A stretch of 63,637 nt of DNA, counting the filler. It is 6 parts of 6 records of this genome, joined end to end, with 100 filler letters (N's around TTAATTAATTAA, not from the genome) between each part and the next. Parts side by side here need not be neighbours in the genome. Positions count along the whole stretch, not along the records: positions 1 to 19,740 come from SRR31156797_22445; 5 more parts are not named here. One strand, 5' to 3'. A model generated the notes under the pieces. The model saw nothing but the letters and a program-made list of their open reading frames with translations. It searched no databases and had not been told where the DNA came from. The translations under genes and the position numbers were made by a program. Shown piece after piece: positions 1 to 9,513 of the stretch (position 1 is the first letter of the stretch; each line of letters begins with the position of its first letter).

Positions 1-191
1 GGTCAAATGAATTGTTAATGGGCTATTTTTAAGGGGTTTATTGAGACTTAATATAAATAAATAACGAGCAAGATATCCTAAACAGAGAAAAGGTAAGACC
101 CAGTTATTTGAGAGCTTGGAACATGAAGATTAGAATTCAGGACTACTTGGATTAAGCTAAAAGTGAGCAGCTAAAAATGAACATTTCGTTT

Positions 192-334
192 TTAATCTTT
201 CTTAATATCGGTTACTGAGCGTAGTTGTGGCATAATGTTCCAAGAGAACTAAATGTCTTAATCTTCCTTAATGCCTTAATGGTTCAATAGTCTTAATCTT
301 TCTTAATTTCGGTTGCTGAGCCTAGTCGTGGCAT
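192..334. repeat. Two imperfect 42-bp direct repeats (192-233, 293-334) with CTTAAT sub-repeats between them; REP-like
   Basis: ttaatctttcttaatatcggttactgagcgtagttgtggcat vs ttaatctttcttaatttcggttgctgagcctagtcgtggcat: 4 mismatches, 101-bp period. Confidence 0.8.
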
Positions 335-349
335 TAGAGTTTGGAGATC

Positions 350-1462
350 TTATTGTTTTTGCCTGCGATTATAATAGTGTTTTGAATCTCCCCATTTACC
401 ATATCCAACTTTATTCCCGGTTAGTCCAATACGCATTTCAAGGCAGCTTACGCAATCTGAAGCTTCTTCATCCGTGCATGGTTTGTTTTCGTAAAGTTTA
501 TAGTCATTACGGTACATACCAGGGGTTACATTAGGCATAATAACATTAGCACCGGCTTTTAATGCTTTTTCACGACCCATTGGATCAATAGCTTGCAACG
601 CTGTAGCTGAGGCCATATTGATATCAGGCATTAAAATACGCAGCAAACTGATCATATTGAGTGTCATTTCGAAACGGTCTTTTTGTGGCATTAATTGATG
701 ACGGTATTCATACAATGGGGTATCCTTATGTTCAATATATGGCCCCATACCAACCATGTCAATATCAAAATTGCGCATAAAGTTTAAATCACCAACTAAA
801 TCGTCTCTGGTTTGGAATGGCAATCCAATCATAACGCCGGTACCAGTTTGGTAGCCAATGTCTTTTAAGTCATACAATGCCTGAAGTCTTTTTTCATAGC
901 TGTGCTTTTCATTTTCAGGATGGATTTTGTAGTATAGGGTTTTGTTTGAGCTTTCAATACGAAGCAGATATCTGTGTGCACCGCTTTCAAACCAGCGCTG
1001 GAACGTTTCATAAGTCTGTTCACCTAAAGAAATGGTAATACCTAATTCATTATTTGAAATTTGTTTGATTTTTTTTAGCAGATTATCTACCCGGTTAATA
1101 AATGCTTTATCGCTTCTTTCACCCGCCTGTAAAACGACAGAGCCATAATTATGCTCATGTGCAAATCTTACAGCATCCAAAATATCTTGATCACTTACAT
1201 CGTAGCGTTCAACATTTTTGTTACCTGCTCTTATTCCACAATAGTAACAATTTTTGGAGCACTTATTTGAGAACTCAGTTAAACCACGGAAATACACAAA
1301 ATTATCCAGATGTTTTTGTTTAATATCATTTGCAAAAGAACGTAATGTAACGGCTTCATCACCCTTTGCACTTAATAGTCTTCGCATTAATTGATTATCA
1401 GGATTATCCGATCCGTAAAGCTTATTTAATTCTGCTTTTAAAGCATCTGCGTTGAATTCCAT
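350..1462 (-). CDS. hydE: [FeFe]-hydrogenase H-cluster radical SAM maturase HydE
   Basis: CSKNCYYC radical-SAM motif after RGLTEFSN; GANVIMPN; C-terminal YKLYENKPC and CTDEEASDCVSC. ATG at 1462 preferred over TTG at 1510. Confidence 0.85.
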   Translation of the reverse strand: MEFNADALKAELNKLYGSDNPDNQLMRRLLSAKGDEAVTLRSFANDIKQKHLDNFVYFRGLTEFSNKCSKNCYYCGIRAGNKNVERYDVSDQDILDAVRFAHEHNYGSVVLQAGERSDKAFINRVDNLLKKIKQISNNELGITISLGEQTYETFQRWFESGAHRYLLRIESSNKTLYYKIHPENEKHSYEKRLQALYDLKDIGYQTGTGVMIGLPFQTRDDLVGDLNFMRNFDIDMVGMGPYIEHKDTPLYEYRHQLMPQKDRFEMTLNMISLLRILMPDINMASATALQAIDPMGREKALKAGANVIMPNVTPGMYRNDYKLYENKPCTDEEASDCVSCLEMRIGLTGNKVGYGKWGDSKHYYNRRQKQ

Positions 1463-1614
1463 ATATAAAAATTTACTGGGCAAAAATAGCATTAAATGCT
1501 CATTTATCAATTAATTCTACAAATCATATACCTTATTTCTTACCCCAAAGAATATTTTATGCAAACGTTCCCAAAAGTATGTTCAATATCATTTTCCTAC
1601 CATGTTCAATTCGT

Positions 1615-1622
1615 TATCTTTG
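1615..1622 (+). promoter_or_regulatory. Bacteroidota -7 promoter element (TAnnTTTG) for the acyl-CoA ligase
   Basis: TATCTTTG about 40 nt upstream of ATG 1664. Confidence 0.6.
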
Positions 1623-1663
1623 TGGAAAATTTAGCGTATAATTCTAATAAATAAATCCAAAAG

Positions 1664-3721
1664 ATGATTAATAAGCAACTATTGAACCCCCGCAGTATCG
1701 TTGTTGTTGGAGGGTCTGACGATATTCATAAACCAGGTGGAAAAGTACTTAAGAATTTGATCGATGGAAAATTCGATGGTGATCTTTTTGTTGTGAATCC
1801 TAAATTAGATCAAGTTCAAGGTATTAAATCATTTCGGGATGTGAATGAATTACCTCAGGTTGATTTAGCTATCATGGCAATTCCTGCCAAATTTTGCCCT
1901 TCAACTATTGATATTTTGACAAAAGAAAAAGAAGCAAGAGCATTTATTATTTTATCTGCTGGATTTAGCGAAGAAAATGAAGAAGGAGCAAAGCTTGAAG
2001 CAGAGATTGTAGAAAAAGTGAATGCTGTTGAAGGAGCACTAATTGGACCAAACTGTATTGGTGTGTTGAATCAAAATTACAATGGTGTGTTTACAACACC
2101 AATCCCTGAGCTCGATCCTCAAGGAGTTGATTTTATTTCAGGTTCAGGTGCAACAGCTGTTTTTATTATGGAAGCAGGAGTTCCTAAAGGTCTAAAATTT
2201 AATAGTGTTTATTCGGTGGGAAACAGCGCTCAAATGGGTGTAGAGGAAGTAATGAAATACCTTGATGAGACTTACGAGGAAGGAAAATCATCGAAAGTTA
2301 AGTTGCTTTATATTGAAAATATTGACAAACCTAAAATGCTGTTAAAGCATGCCAGTTCGTTAATTCGAAAAGGTTGTAAAATTGCAGCAATTAAATCAGG
2401 TGGATCTGAAGCAGGTAGTCGTGCCGCGTCATCGCATACAGGAGCTTTGGCAAGTAGTGATGTGGCTGTTGATGCACTTTTCCGTAAAGCGGGAATAGTG
2501 CGTTGTAATGGACGTGAAGAGTTAGCTACTGTTGCTTCCATTTTTATGCATCCTGAATTGAAAGGTAAGAATATTGCCATCATTACACACGCCGGTGGAC
2601 CGGCAGTTATGCTTACTGATGCACTCTCTAATGGTGGTTTGGAAATTCCACATATCGAAGGACCTAGAGCAGAAGGTTTGCTTGAAAAATTGTATCCGGG
2701 ATCATCTGTTGCCAATCCAATTGACTTTTTAGCCACGGGTACAGCGGAACAATTGGGCGATATCATCGATGCTTGCGAAAATGATTTTGAAAATATTGAT
2801 GGAATGGCCGTGATTTTCGGTAGTCCCGGTTTATGTCCGGTTTATGATGTGTATGACTTGCTCGATGAAAAAATGAAGCAATGCAAAAAACCAATTTACC
2901 CGGTATTACCTTCGGTAGTCAATGTAGCTGATGAAATTAAAGCATTTATTGCTAAAGGCCGCATTAACTTCCCTGATGAGGTGACATTTGGTAATGCACT
3001 TGCTAAAGTATATCATACGCCAAAACCGGTAGCTGAGAAACCAGAAATGCCTGAAGTTGATTATCAGAAAATTAGAAGCTTAATTGATAGTGCTGATAAT
3101 GGTTATTTAGCTCCAGAAAAAGTACAGGAATTGTTAGACGCTGCTGGTATTTTTAGAGCAGGAGAGGCTGTAACTGATAACAAAGAAATCGCATTAGCTG
3201 AAGCAGAAAAACTTGGTTTCCCTATCGTAATGAAAGTTGTAGGTCCTGTTCATAAATCAGATGTTGGTGGCGTTGTTCTTAATGTGAAAGATAAAGACAC
3301 AGTTGCCAAAGAGTTTGACCGTATGATGCAAATAAAGGATACAACTGCTATCTTGATGCAACCAATGCTTTCTGGTACTGAATTATTTGTGGGAGCTAAG
3401 CGTGAGGATAAGTTTGGACATATGGTGTTAGCCGGATTGGGTGGTATTTTCATCGAAGTATTGAAGGATGTGAATGTGGCCTTGGCCCCGGTTTCAAGAG
3501 AAGAAGCCACTGAAATGATTCAAGGTTTAAGAAGTTATGGAATTATCAAAGGAGCCCGAGGTCAGGAACCAGTAAATGAACCTCAATTCAGTGAGATTAT
3601 AACCAGAGTTGGGGTGCTCATGCAAGTTGCGCCTGAAATATTCGAAATGGATTTAAATCCATTGCTTGGATCAAAAGATAAAGTGGTTGCTGTTGATGCC
3701 CGTGTTCGAATAGAGAAATAA
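1664..3721 (+). CDS. ADP-forming acetate/acyl-CoA ligase (fused alpha-beta; CoA-binding plus ATP-grasp)
   Basis: LIGPNCIG, AASSHTGALA (phospho-His), NPIDFL, HKSDVGGV, EMDLNPL...AVDARV. Confidence 0.92.
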   Translation: MINKQLLNPRSIVVVGGSDDIHKPGGKVLKNLIDGKFDGDLFVVNPKLDQVQGIKSFRDVNELPQVDLAIMAIPAKFCPSTIDILTKEKEARAFIILSAGFSEENEEGAKLEAEIVEKVNAVEGALIGPNCIGVLNQNYNGVFTTPIPELDPQGVDFISGSGATAVFIMEAGVPKGLKFNSVYSVGNSAQMGVEEVMKYLDETYEEGKSSKVKLLYIENIDKPKMLLKHASSLIRKGCKIAAIKSGGSEAGSRAASSHTGALASSDVAVDALFRKAGIVRCNGREELATVASIFMHPELKGKNIAIITHAGGPAVMLTDALSNGGLEIPHIEGPRAEGLLEKLYPGSSVANPIDFLATGTAEQLGDIIDACENDFENIDGMAVIFGSPGLCPVYDVYDLLDEKMKQCKKPIYPVLPSVVNVADEIKAFIAKGRINFPDEVTFGNALAKVYHTPKPVAEKPEMPEVDYQKIRSLIDSADNGYLAPEKVQELLDAAGIFRAGEAVTDNKEIALAEAEKLGFPIVMKVVGPVHKSDVGGVVLNVKDKDTVAKEFDRMMQIKDTTAILMQPMLSGTELFVGAKREDKFGHMVLAGLGGIFIEVLKDVNVALAPVSREEATEMIQGLRSYGIIKGARGQEPVNEPQFSEIITRVGVLMQVAPEIFEMDLNPLLGSKDKVVAVDARVRIEK

Positions 3722-3743
3722 ATAATGAAATCATAACTATAAT

Positions 3744-3780
3744 AAGTCCGGTTAGATAATTCATCCTGACCGGATTTTTT
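3744..3780 (+). terminator. Rho-independent terminator
   Basis: gtccggttag-loop-ctgaccggat followed by a T tract. Confidence 0.65.
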
Positions 3781-3811
3781 ATAAATTGCCACATTTCAAA
3801 GTGAAATGACA

Positions 3812-3961
3812 ATGAAAAAATGGAAAGAATATACTAAAACTGAGCAATTCTTAATCGGATTTATTATTGTATTGGTCATTGCCATAGCACTCAATTGGAA
3901 AAGAGTTTATAACGGCATAAAAAAAGGTGTTGAACCATATCAAAAAGAACAAAAACAATAA
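3812..3961 (+). CDS. 49-aa single-pass membrane protein (absent from the ORF track)
   Basis: Manual translation MKKWKEYTKTEQFLIGFIIVLVIAIALNWKRVYNGIKKGVEPYQKEQKQ*; stop lies 3 nt before the next ATG. Confidence 0.7.
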   Translation: MKKWKEYTKTEQFLIGFIIVLVIAIALNWKRVYNGIKKGVEPYQKEQKQ

Positions 3962-3964
3962 ACT

Positions 3965-4246
3965 ATGTTTAAAAACGATAAACTACACAGGGCATTGAAT
4001 AAGGAGCACAAGTTTGCTCGTCAATTCATTATTGCAGCTATTTTGCTTTTATTGGTAAATACAAATGTTATCATTTTTGTTTTGAGTAAAATAGATGTTT
4101 TGCCAACTGCATATTGGGTGCAACTGGCATTTGTTCCATTGCTATTGGTTTTTATGAGTATTTATTATTTCCGCATTCATAAAAAGAATATTAAAAAGAT
4201 TCAGGAAGATTTTGAGCGTGAAATGCTAAAAAAGGATGATAACTAG
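3965..4246 (+). CDS. Hypothetical two-TM membrane protein
   Basis: Two hydrophobic stretches; tight operon spacing. Confidence 0.7.
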   Translation: MFKNDKLHRALNKEHKFARQFIIAAILLLLVNTNVIIFVLSKIDVLPTAYWVQLAFVPLLLVFMSIYYFRIHKKNIKKIQEDFEREMLKKDDN

Positions 4247-4260
4247 TTGAATTAGAAAGA

Positions 4261-4959
4261 ATGAAGCAGAAAGATTTTGTATTTATTGTAATTGTATTAG
4301 CAGTTTTTTCACCTTTCCTATGGTCTGCTGATTTGTATAATGCATATACTGAGTTTAATAAGGATCATGGGATGATTATGGCATTTGTAAAATTTGCCAT
4401 ATTAGCAACATTAGGTGAAGTAATAGGATTGAGAATAAAAACCGGAAACTATAATCAAAAAGGATTTGGTATTTTGCCAAGAGCAATTGTATGGGGCTTC
4501 CTCGGATTGACTATTAAATTAGCTTTTGTGATTTTTGCTAGCGGAACTCCAAATTTTTTAATTTACATGGGTTTAGAAGATGCAGCAGAGGTCATGAAGG
4601 GTGATTTCAATACCACAAAGTTATTTGTTGCATTTTGTATCAGTGCAGCAATGAATATAATTTATGCACCTGTTATGATGACTTTCCATAAAATAACGGA
4701 TACTCATATTTTAGATAATGGCGGATCAATTATCGGCTTATTTCGACCAATAAAGTTTAAAGAGATATTTGTAAAAATGGATTGGGCGGTGCAATGGAAT
4801 TTCGTATTTAAAAAAACTATTCCATTTTTTTGGATCCCGGCACATACTATAACATTTTTAATGGCTCCGGAATGGAGGGTGCTGTTTGCAGCCGTTCTTG
4901 GAATTATGTTAGGTGTTTTTCTTGCAATTGCAGCACAATTAGGACAAAATAGAAAATAA
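4261..4959 (+). CDS. Mpv17/PMP22-family membrane protein
   Basis: C-terminal KTIPFFWIPAHTITFLMAPEWRVLFAA pattern; multiple TM segments. Confidence 0.75.
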   Translation: MKQKDFVFIVIVLAVFSPFLWSADLYNAYTEFNKDHGMIMAFVKFAILATLGEVIGLRIKTGNYNQKGFGILPRAIVWGFLGLTIKLAFVIFASGTPNFLIYMGLEDAAEVMKGDFNTTKLFVAFCISAAMNIIYAPVMMTFHKITDTHILDNGGSIIGLFRPIKFKEIFVKMDWAVQWNFVFKKTIPFFWIPAHTITFLMAPEWRVLFAAVLGIMLGVFLAIAAQLGQNRK

Positions 4960-5101
4960 TAAAATTTAAATTGATACTGAAACAATATAAGTTTTAATAT
5001 TAAAAGCTAATTTTAAGGAATTTAAAAAAATAAAATCAAAAAAGCCTTCTAGTTTGTTAGGCTTATAACACAACTGATAGTAAAACCCAAAATTTAATAA
5101 A

Positions 5102-5617
5102 ATGGCAAAAATAGGAATCTTCTACGCACCAAAAGGTGGTAATACAGAAAAAGTAGCACAAAAAGTTCATAAGCATCTTCCTGAATCACAAATATTTAGT
5201 GTTCCGGAAGCTGGCGTAAATGAAATGATGCAATTCGATTATTTAGTAATGGGCATTGCAACAATCGGAAAAGAAACCTGGGATCAAAAAATCAAGAAAA
5301 GTGGTTGGGATCTTGTATTGCCTCATATTGACAAAGCTGATTTTTCCGGAAAAAAAGTAGCAATATTTGGGCTTGGTGATTCAGTAACATACGATTTGCA
5401 ATTTGTTGACGCAATTGGCATTTTAGGTCGTAAATTAAGGAATAATGGGGCTGAATTACTGGGATTTGTTCCTACCAAAGATTACAATTTCCGTGAGTCA
5501 GAAGCCATTGAAGGTGAAATGTTCATGGGACTTCCTATTGATGAGGACTTTGAGGAAGAAAAAACTGATGAAAGAATTGCTGCATGGACCGAAGAAATTA
5601 CAAAAAAAATGTCATAA
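5102..5617 (+). CDS. Long-chain flavodoxin
   Basis: YAPKGGNTE loop, VAIFGLGDS, FMGLPIDEDFEEEKTDERIAAW. Confidence 0.9.
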   Translation: MAKIGIFYAPKGGNTEKVAQKVHKHLPESQIFSVPEAGVNEMMQFDYLVMGIATIGKETWDQKIKKSGWDLVLPHIDKADFSGKKVAIFGLGDSVTYDLQFVDAIGILGRKLRNNGAELLGFVPTKDYNFRESEAIEGEMFMGLPIDEDFEEEKTDERIAAWTEEITKKMS

Positions 5618-5712
5618 AACATAAAAAAATGGTTTAAAATTAAAAAATCCGAAACCAAACAGCTATATTTATCGTTATATAGAACGTTGAAACCCCTAAT
5701 TATTCCAATATA

Positions 5713-6576
5713 ATGAGACAACTTAAGATTACAAAGCAGGTAACCAACCGCGACACAGCCTCGTTGGATAAGTACCTGCATGAAATCGGTAAAGTAGAGC
5801 TCCTAACAGCAGATGAAGAGGTTACGTTAGCGCGTCGAATCAAAAAAGGAGATTCGGAAGCGCTAAATAAACTCATCAGAGCTAACCTCCGTTTCGTGGT
5901 TTCAGTAAGCAAGCAATATCAGAATCAGGGATTAAGCTTACCCGACTTAATCAATGAAGGAAACCTGGGATTGATAAAAGCTGCCCAACGATTTGACGAA
6001 ACTCGAGGATTTAAGTTCATTTCTTACGCTGTGTGGTGGATTCGCCAATCCATTCTGCAAGCCCTGGCTGAGCAGGCCAGAATCGTTAGATTACCTTTAA
6101 ATAAGATTGGTTCAATTAATAAAATTAACAAAACATTGAATCAATTGGAACAGGACTTTGAGCGTGAACCATCTGCAGATGAAATTGCCAAAGCGCTTGA
6201 AATTTCGCCTAACGAAGTGAAAAAATCAATGGCCAATTCCGGTCGCCACGTGAGTATGGATGCCCCTATTTCTTCTGAAGAGGAAGGTACCATGTATGAC
6301 GTTATGCAAAGTGAAGATACCCCAAGCCCGGATAAAACATTGATAAATGATTCGCTTCGTAAAGAAATTGATAGAGCTTTAACAACTTTATCCAGAAGAG
6401 AAGGTGATATTCTCCGATGTTATTTTGGTTTGAATGGGCAAGCCCCAAGCACACTGGAAGAGATCGGTGAGAAATTTGATCTTACGCGCGAAAGAGTTCG
6501 ACAAATTAAGGAGAAAGCTATTCGCAGGCTAAAACATACATCTCGTAGTAAAAACTTAAAAATGTACCTCGGATAA
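5713..6576 (+). CDS. rpoD: Sigma-70 factor, RpoD/SigA family (short Bacteroidota form without region 1.1)
   Basis: [49 protein letters not shown]; 287 aa. Could be a paralogue of the primary sigma. Confidence 0.88.
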   Translation: MRQLKITKQVTNRDTASLDKYLHEIGKVELLTADEEVTLARRIKKGDSEALNKLIRANLRFVVSVSKQYQNQGLSLPDLINEGNLGLIKAAQRFDETRGFKFISYAVWWIRQSILQALAEQARIVRLPLNKIGSINKINKTLNQLEQDFEREPSADEIAKALEISPNEVKKSMANSGRHVSMDAPISSEEEGTMYDVMQSEDTPSPDKTLINDSLRKEIDRALTTLSRREGDILRCYFGLNGQAPSTLEEIGEKFDLTRERVRQIKEKAIRRLKHTSRSKNLKMYLG

Positions 6577-6598
6577 AAAAACTTTACAATTTATAAAT

Positions 6599-6635
6599 CA
6601 AAAGGGGGAGGTATTTCCCCTTTTTTTGTTTTTTT
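6599..6635 (+). terminator. Rho-independent terminator
   Basis: aaaggggga-ggtatt-tcccc followed by a long T tract. Confidence 0.6.
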
Positions 6636-6650
6636 GCAAAATAAAACGCC

Positions 6651-7301
6651 ATGTCTAAATTAGTATCTCCATCAATGCTCTCTGCCAACTTTCTGCAGTT
6701 GGAAAAAGATATCGAAATGATTAACCAAAGTGAAGCAGATTGGTTTCATTTAGATGTAATGGATGGTATGTATGTACCTAATATCAGCTTTGGATTGCCT
6801 GTAATTCAGCAGATTAAAAAGAAGGCTGAAAAACCATTAGATGTACATCTGATGATTGAAAAACCGGAACGATACATCGATGATTTTAAAAATGCCGGAG
6901 CAGATATATTAACTGTGCATCTTGAAGCATCCACGCATCTGCATCGCAGTATACAAGCTATTAAAGCAGCAGGCATGAAGGCTGGAGTTGCATTAAATCC
7001 TCACACTAATGTTAGCTTAGTGGATGATGTACTTGTTGATTTAGATATGGTGTTGATAATGTCTGTAAACCCGGGATTTGGAGGACAAAAGTTTATACCA
7101 CAAGCCATTCATAAAATAAAAAAACTACACAATCAGATCGAAAGCCTTGGTGCACGTACATTAATTCAAGTTGATGGTGGAGTAGATGATACAAACGCTG
7201 CAGAATTATATCATGCCGGAGCAGATTGCCTTGTGGCCGGCAGCTATGTATTCAAATCGGCAGATCCTATGGAAGCTATCGCTAAATTGAAGAGGGTTTA
7301 G
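6651..7301 (+). CDS. rpe: Ribulose-phosphate 3-epimerase
   Basis: HLDVMDG, DVHLMI, MSVNPGFGGQKF, VDGG. Confidence 0.96.
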   Translation: MSKLVSPSMLSANFLQLEKDIEMINQSEADWFHLDVMDGMYVPNISFGLPVIQQIKKKAEKPLDVHLMIEKPERYIDDFKNAGADILTVHLEASTHLHRSIQAIKAAGMKAGVALNPHTNVSLVDDVLVDLDMVLIMSVNPGFGGQKFIPQAIHKIKKLHNQIESLGARTLIQVDGGVDDTNAAELYHAGADCLVAGSYVFKSADPMEAIAKLKRV

Positions 7302-7313
7302 TTAATTGGATAT

Positions 7314-7370
7314 GAAAAAAAAAGTGTGAGTTTTAAGCTCTTAACTCAAAACTCACACTCAAACTTTTTT
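7314..7370. terminator. Bidirectional terminator between rpe and ssrA
   Basis: A tract, agtgtgagtttt...aaaactcacact stem, T tract. Confidence 0.7.
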
Positions 7371-7371
7371 G

Positions 7372-7769
7372 TGGAGTCGGCGGGAGTCGAACCCGCGTCC
7401 AGGCAAGCAATCCATATGCTTTCTACATGCTTAGTCTTATCTTAATTGTCGGAAATTGCCAGGGTTAAGACACCCGAAACAAATTCTTATCTGCTTTATT
7501 TCATTCTCAAGTCGCAGCTCCGAGAAAACTATCCCAAACTTCTGGCACTCCATATCGAACCGGTATCGGGAAACACCATTCGGGAGTGACTCGTCCCGAC
7601 CAATAGTAGTCGTGGATTAAGCAGTAACCGGCTTAGCCTGATTACGCAGCAAGCGCATAATTATTGTTGCCAATTAAAAAAAGGTCTGCACATTCTTTTT
7701 ACGGGAAACCTGCAAAACCCGGCATGCTTACATACCAATTCAACTCACTGTCAAAACCATGTCGACCCC
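7372..7769 (-). ncRNA. ssrA: tmRNA; tag peptide (A)GNNNYALAA* at 7671-7642
   Basis: 5' end GGGGTCGACATGGTTTTGACAG; 3' end GGACGCGGGTTCGACTCCCGCCGACTCCA (T-arm and acceptor stem with G3:U); internal GGC AAC AAT AAT TAT GCG CTT GCT GCG TAA; full CCA not encoded. Confidence 0.97.
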
Positions 7770-7807
7770 GGAATTGGTATGGCAGATAATTAAAATCTGC
7801 TCAAAAA

Positions 7808-7815
7808 CAAAAATA
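7808..7815 (-). promoter_or_regulatory. Bacteroidota -7 element for ssrA
   Basis: TATTTTTG on the minus strand about 40 nt upstream of the mature 5' end. Confidence 0.55.
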
Positions 7816-8121
7816 CATAAATTTACCGCCCGAACCCCTTCAGGCGATAAATTTTAAAACCCCAAAATTATTCCAATTAAATTAATGTAAACAAAATGTG
7901 AACCAAAGTTTTATTTTGTAGCTTAATTTTGTTGATATTCAGCTTTATTCAAATTCAATCTAAATTACTTCTCTAATTTTTGGTTGCAAACAGACCAAAT
8001 ATAATAATGTCGTATTGTATGAAAGCTTCTTAATATTTGAAAAGTTGAACAGCTATTATCTTAATGTTAAGAAATACTATTTTTTTATATCTTTAGGCCT
8101 CTAAATAAACAAGTACAATCA

Positions 8122-9339
8122 ATGAAAAATGTTCGAATAGGTATTCTCAGGGAAACTAAAAATCCACCTGATAGAAGAGTGCCTCTTTCACCTGCTCAAA
8201 TTCAGGAAGCTAAAGAGAAATTTCCTGAAGTTGATTTTGCCATACAGCCAAGCCCAATCAGATGCTATAAAGATGAAGAATATGAATACCTGAACCTTCC
8301 ATTACAAGAAGATATCTCGGACTGCGATATTTTAATGGGTGTAAAAGAAGTTGATAAAACTACATTCATCGAAAATAAAACTTACATATTTTTTGCACAC
8401 GTTGCCAAAAAACAACCATATAATCGCGGTATGTTACAGGAAATGATGCGTAAGAAAATCACTTTAATTGATTATGAATATCTTACAACTCCTGATGGTG
8501 CACGGGTAGTTGCATTTGGTCGGTGGGCTGGAATTGTTGGAGCATATAATGCACTGAGAGCAAGAGGTATTAGGACTGATAGCTTTCACTTAAAACCAGC
8601 TCATCAGTGTCATGATATGGAAGAGATGTTTGCCGGGTTACGCAAAGTGAAATTAAGTAAAAAGAAAATTCTTGTTACCGGAGAAGGTCGTGTTGCTTCA
8701 GGCGCGTTGGAAACACTGGATCAGTTAAGAATTAGAAAAGTATCAAAAGAGGAATTCCTTAATGTAGACTTTGATGAACCAGTTTTATGTCAAATTGGAC
8801 CACAAGATTATGTGGAACATAAAGATGGACTTCCATTTGACTTTAATCATTTCATTCAGAATCCAAAAGAATATAAATCATCATTTGAGCCATATACTAA
8901 AGTAACAGATATATTCATTGCTTGTCATTTCTGGGATGAGAAATCTCCGGTTTTTATAACGAAAGACGATTACCGAAAGGATGATTTCAATATTTCTGTA
9001 GTGGCTGATGTGAGTTGTGATATTGATGGTCCAATTCCAAGCACTGTAAGAGCCTCAACAATTTCTGAGCCTTTTTATGGTTATAATCCGAATTTGGAAA
9101 AAGAAGAACCAGCGTTTACAAGTCCTAAAAATATTACTGTGATGGCTGTTGATAATTTACCTGGTGAATTACCACGCGATGCATCACACGATTTTGGTAA
9201 AGCAATTCTTGACAATGTGTTTGATGCTTTAATAAATGAAGATAAGGAACAAATTGTTGAACGAGCTACCATCATTAAAAATGGAGAATTAACACCACGC
9301 TACGCATATCTTGCCGATTATGTAGCAGGAAAAGAATAG
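8122..9339 (+). CDS. AlaDh/PNT-family NAD(P)-dependent oxidoreductase (saccharopine dehydrogenase / lysine-ketoglutarate reductase-like)
   Basis: RETKNPPDRRVPL, GVKE, LIDYE, FGRWAGIVG, VTGEGRV, DVSCD, MAVDNLPGELPRDAS. Confidence 0.85.
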   Translation: MKNVRIGILRETKNPPDRRVPLSPAQIQEAKEKFPEVDFAIQPSPIRCYKDEEYEYLNLPLQEDISDCDILMGVKEVDKTTFIENKTYIFFAHVAKKQPYNRGMLQEMMRKKITLIDYEYLTTPDGARVVAFGRWAGIVGAYNALRARGIRTDSFHLKPAHQCHDMEEMFAGLRKVKLSKKKILVTGEGRVASGALETLDQLRIRKVSKEEFLNVDFDEPVLCQIGPQDYVEHKDGLPFDFNHFIQNPKEYKSSFEPYTKVTDIFIACHFWDEKSPVFITKDDYRKDDFNISVVADVSCDIDGPIPSTVRASTISEPFYGYNPNLEKEEPAFTSPKNITVMAVDNLPGELPRDASHDFGKAILDNVFDALINEDKEQIVERATIIKNGELTPRYAYLADYVAGKE

Positions 9340-9345
9340 TTGCCC

Positions 9346-9407
9346 GGGTTGCCCACACACTTTCGTTTGCCATCGTATCTTTTTTGAAAGTGGGCAACCC
9401 TTTTTTC
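9346..9407 (+). terminator. Stem-loop terminator
   Basis: gggttgcccac...gtgggcaaccc followed by TTTTTT. Confidence 0.65.
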
Positions 9408-9513
9408 ACTTCACTTTCATATTTTTATTTGGAATTTAATTGTTAGTCTTTATACTTTATTAACACTTTAACCGTTATTTTAGGTAAGTGCTAACTGTCT
9501 AAATCCAAATGCT

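Noticed and set aside
192-334. CRISPR array
   Set aside because: Only two degenerate copies, the intervening DNA is itself repetitive, and there are no cas genes.
350-1462. Radical SAM gene as pylB (which would support amber readthrough) or bioB
   Set aside because: The C-terminal YxLY.NKPC and extra Cys cluster fit HydE, no pylCDS genes are nearby, and it is on a different contig from the TAG-containing ATPase.
7371-7405. tRNA gene or prophage att site
   Set aside because: It is the tRNA-like 3' end of tmRNA; no integrase or duplicated end follows, and rpe converges directly.
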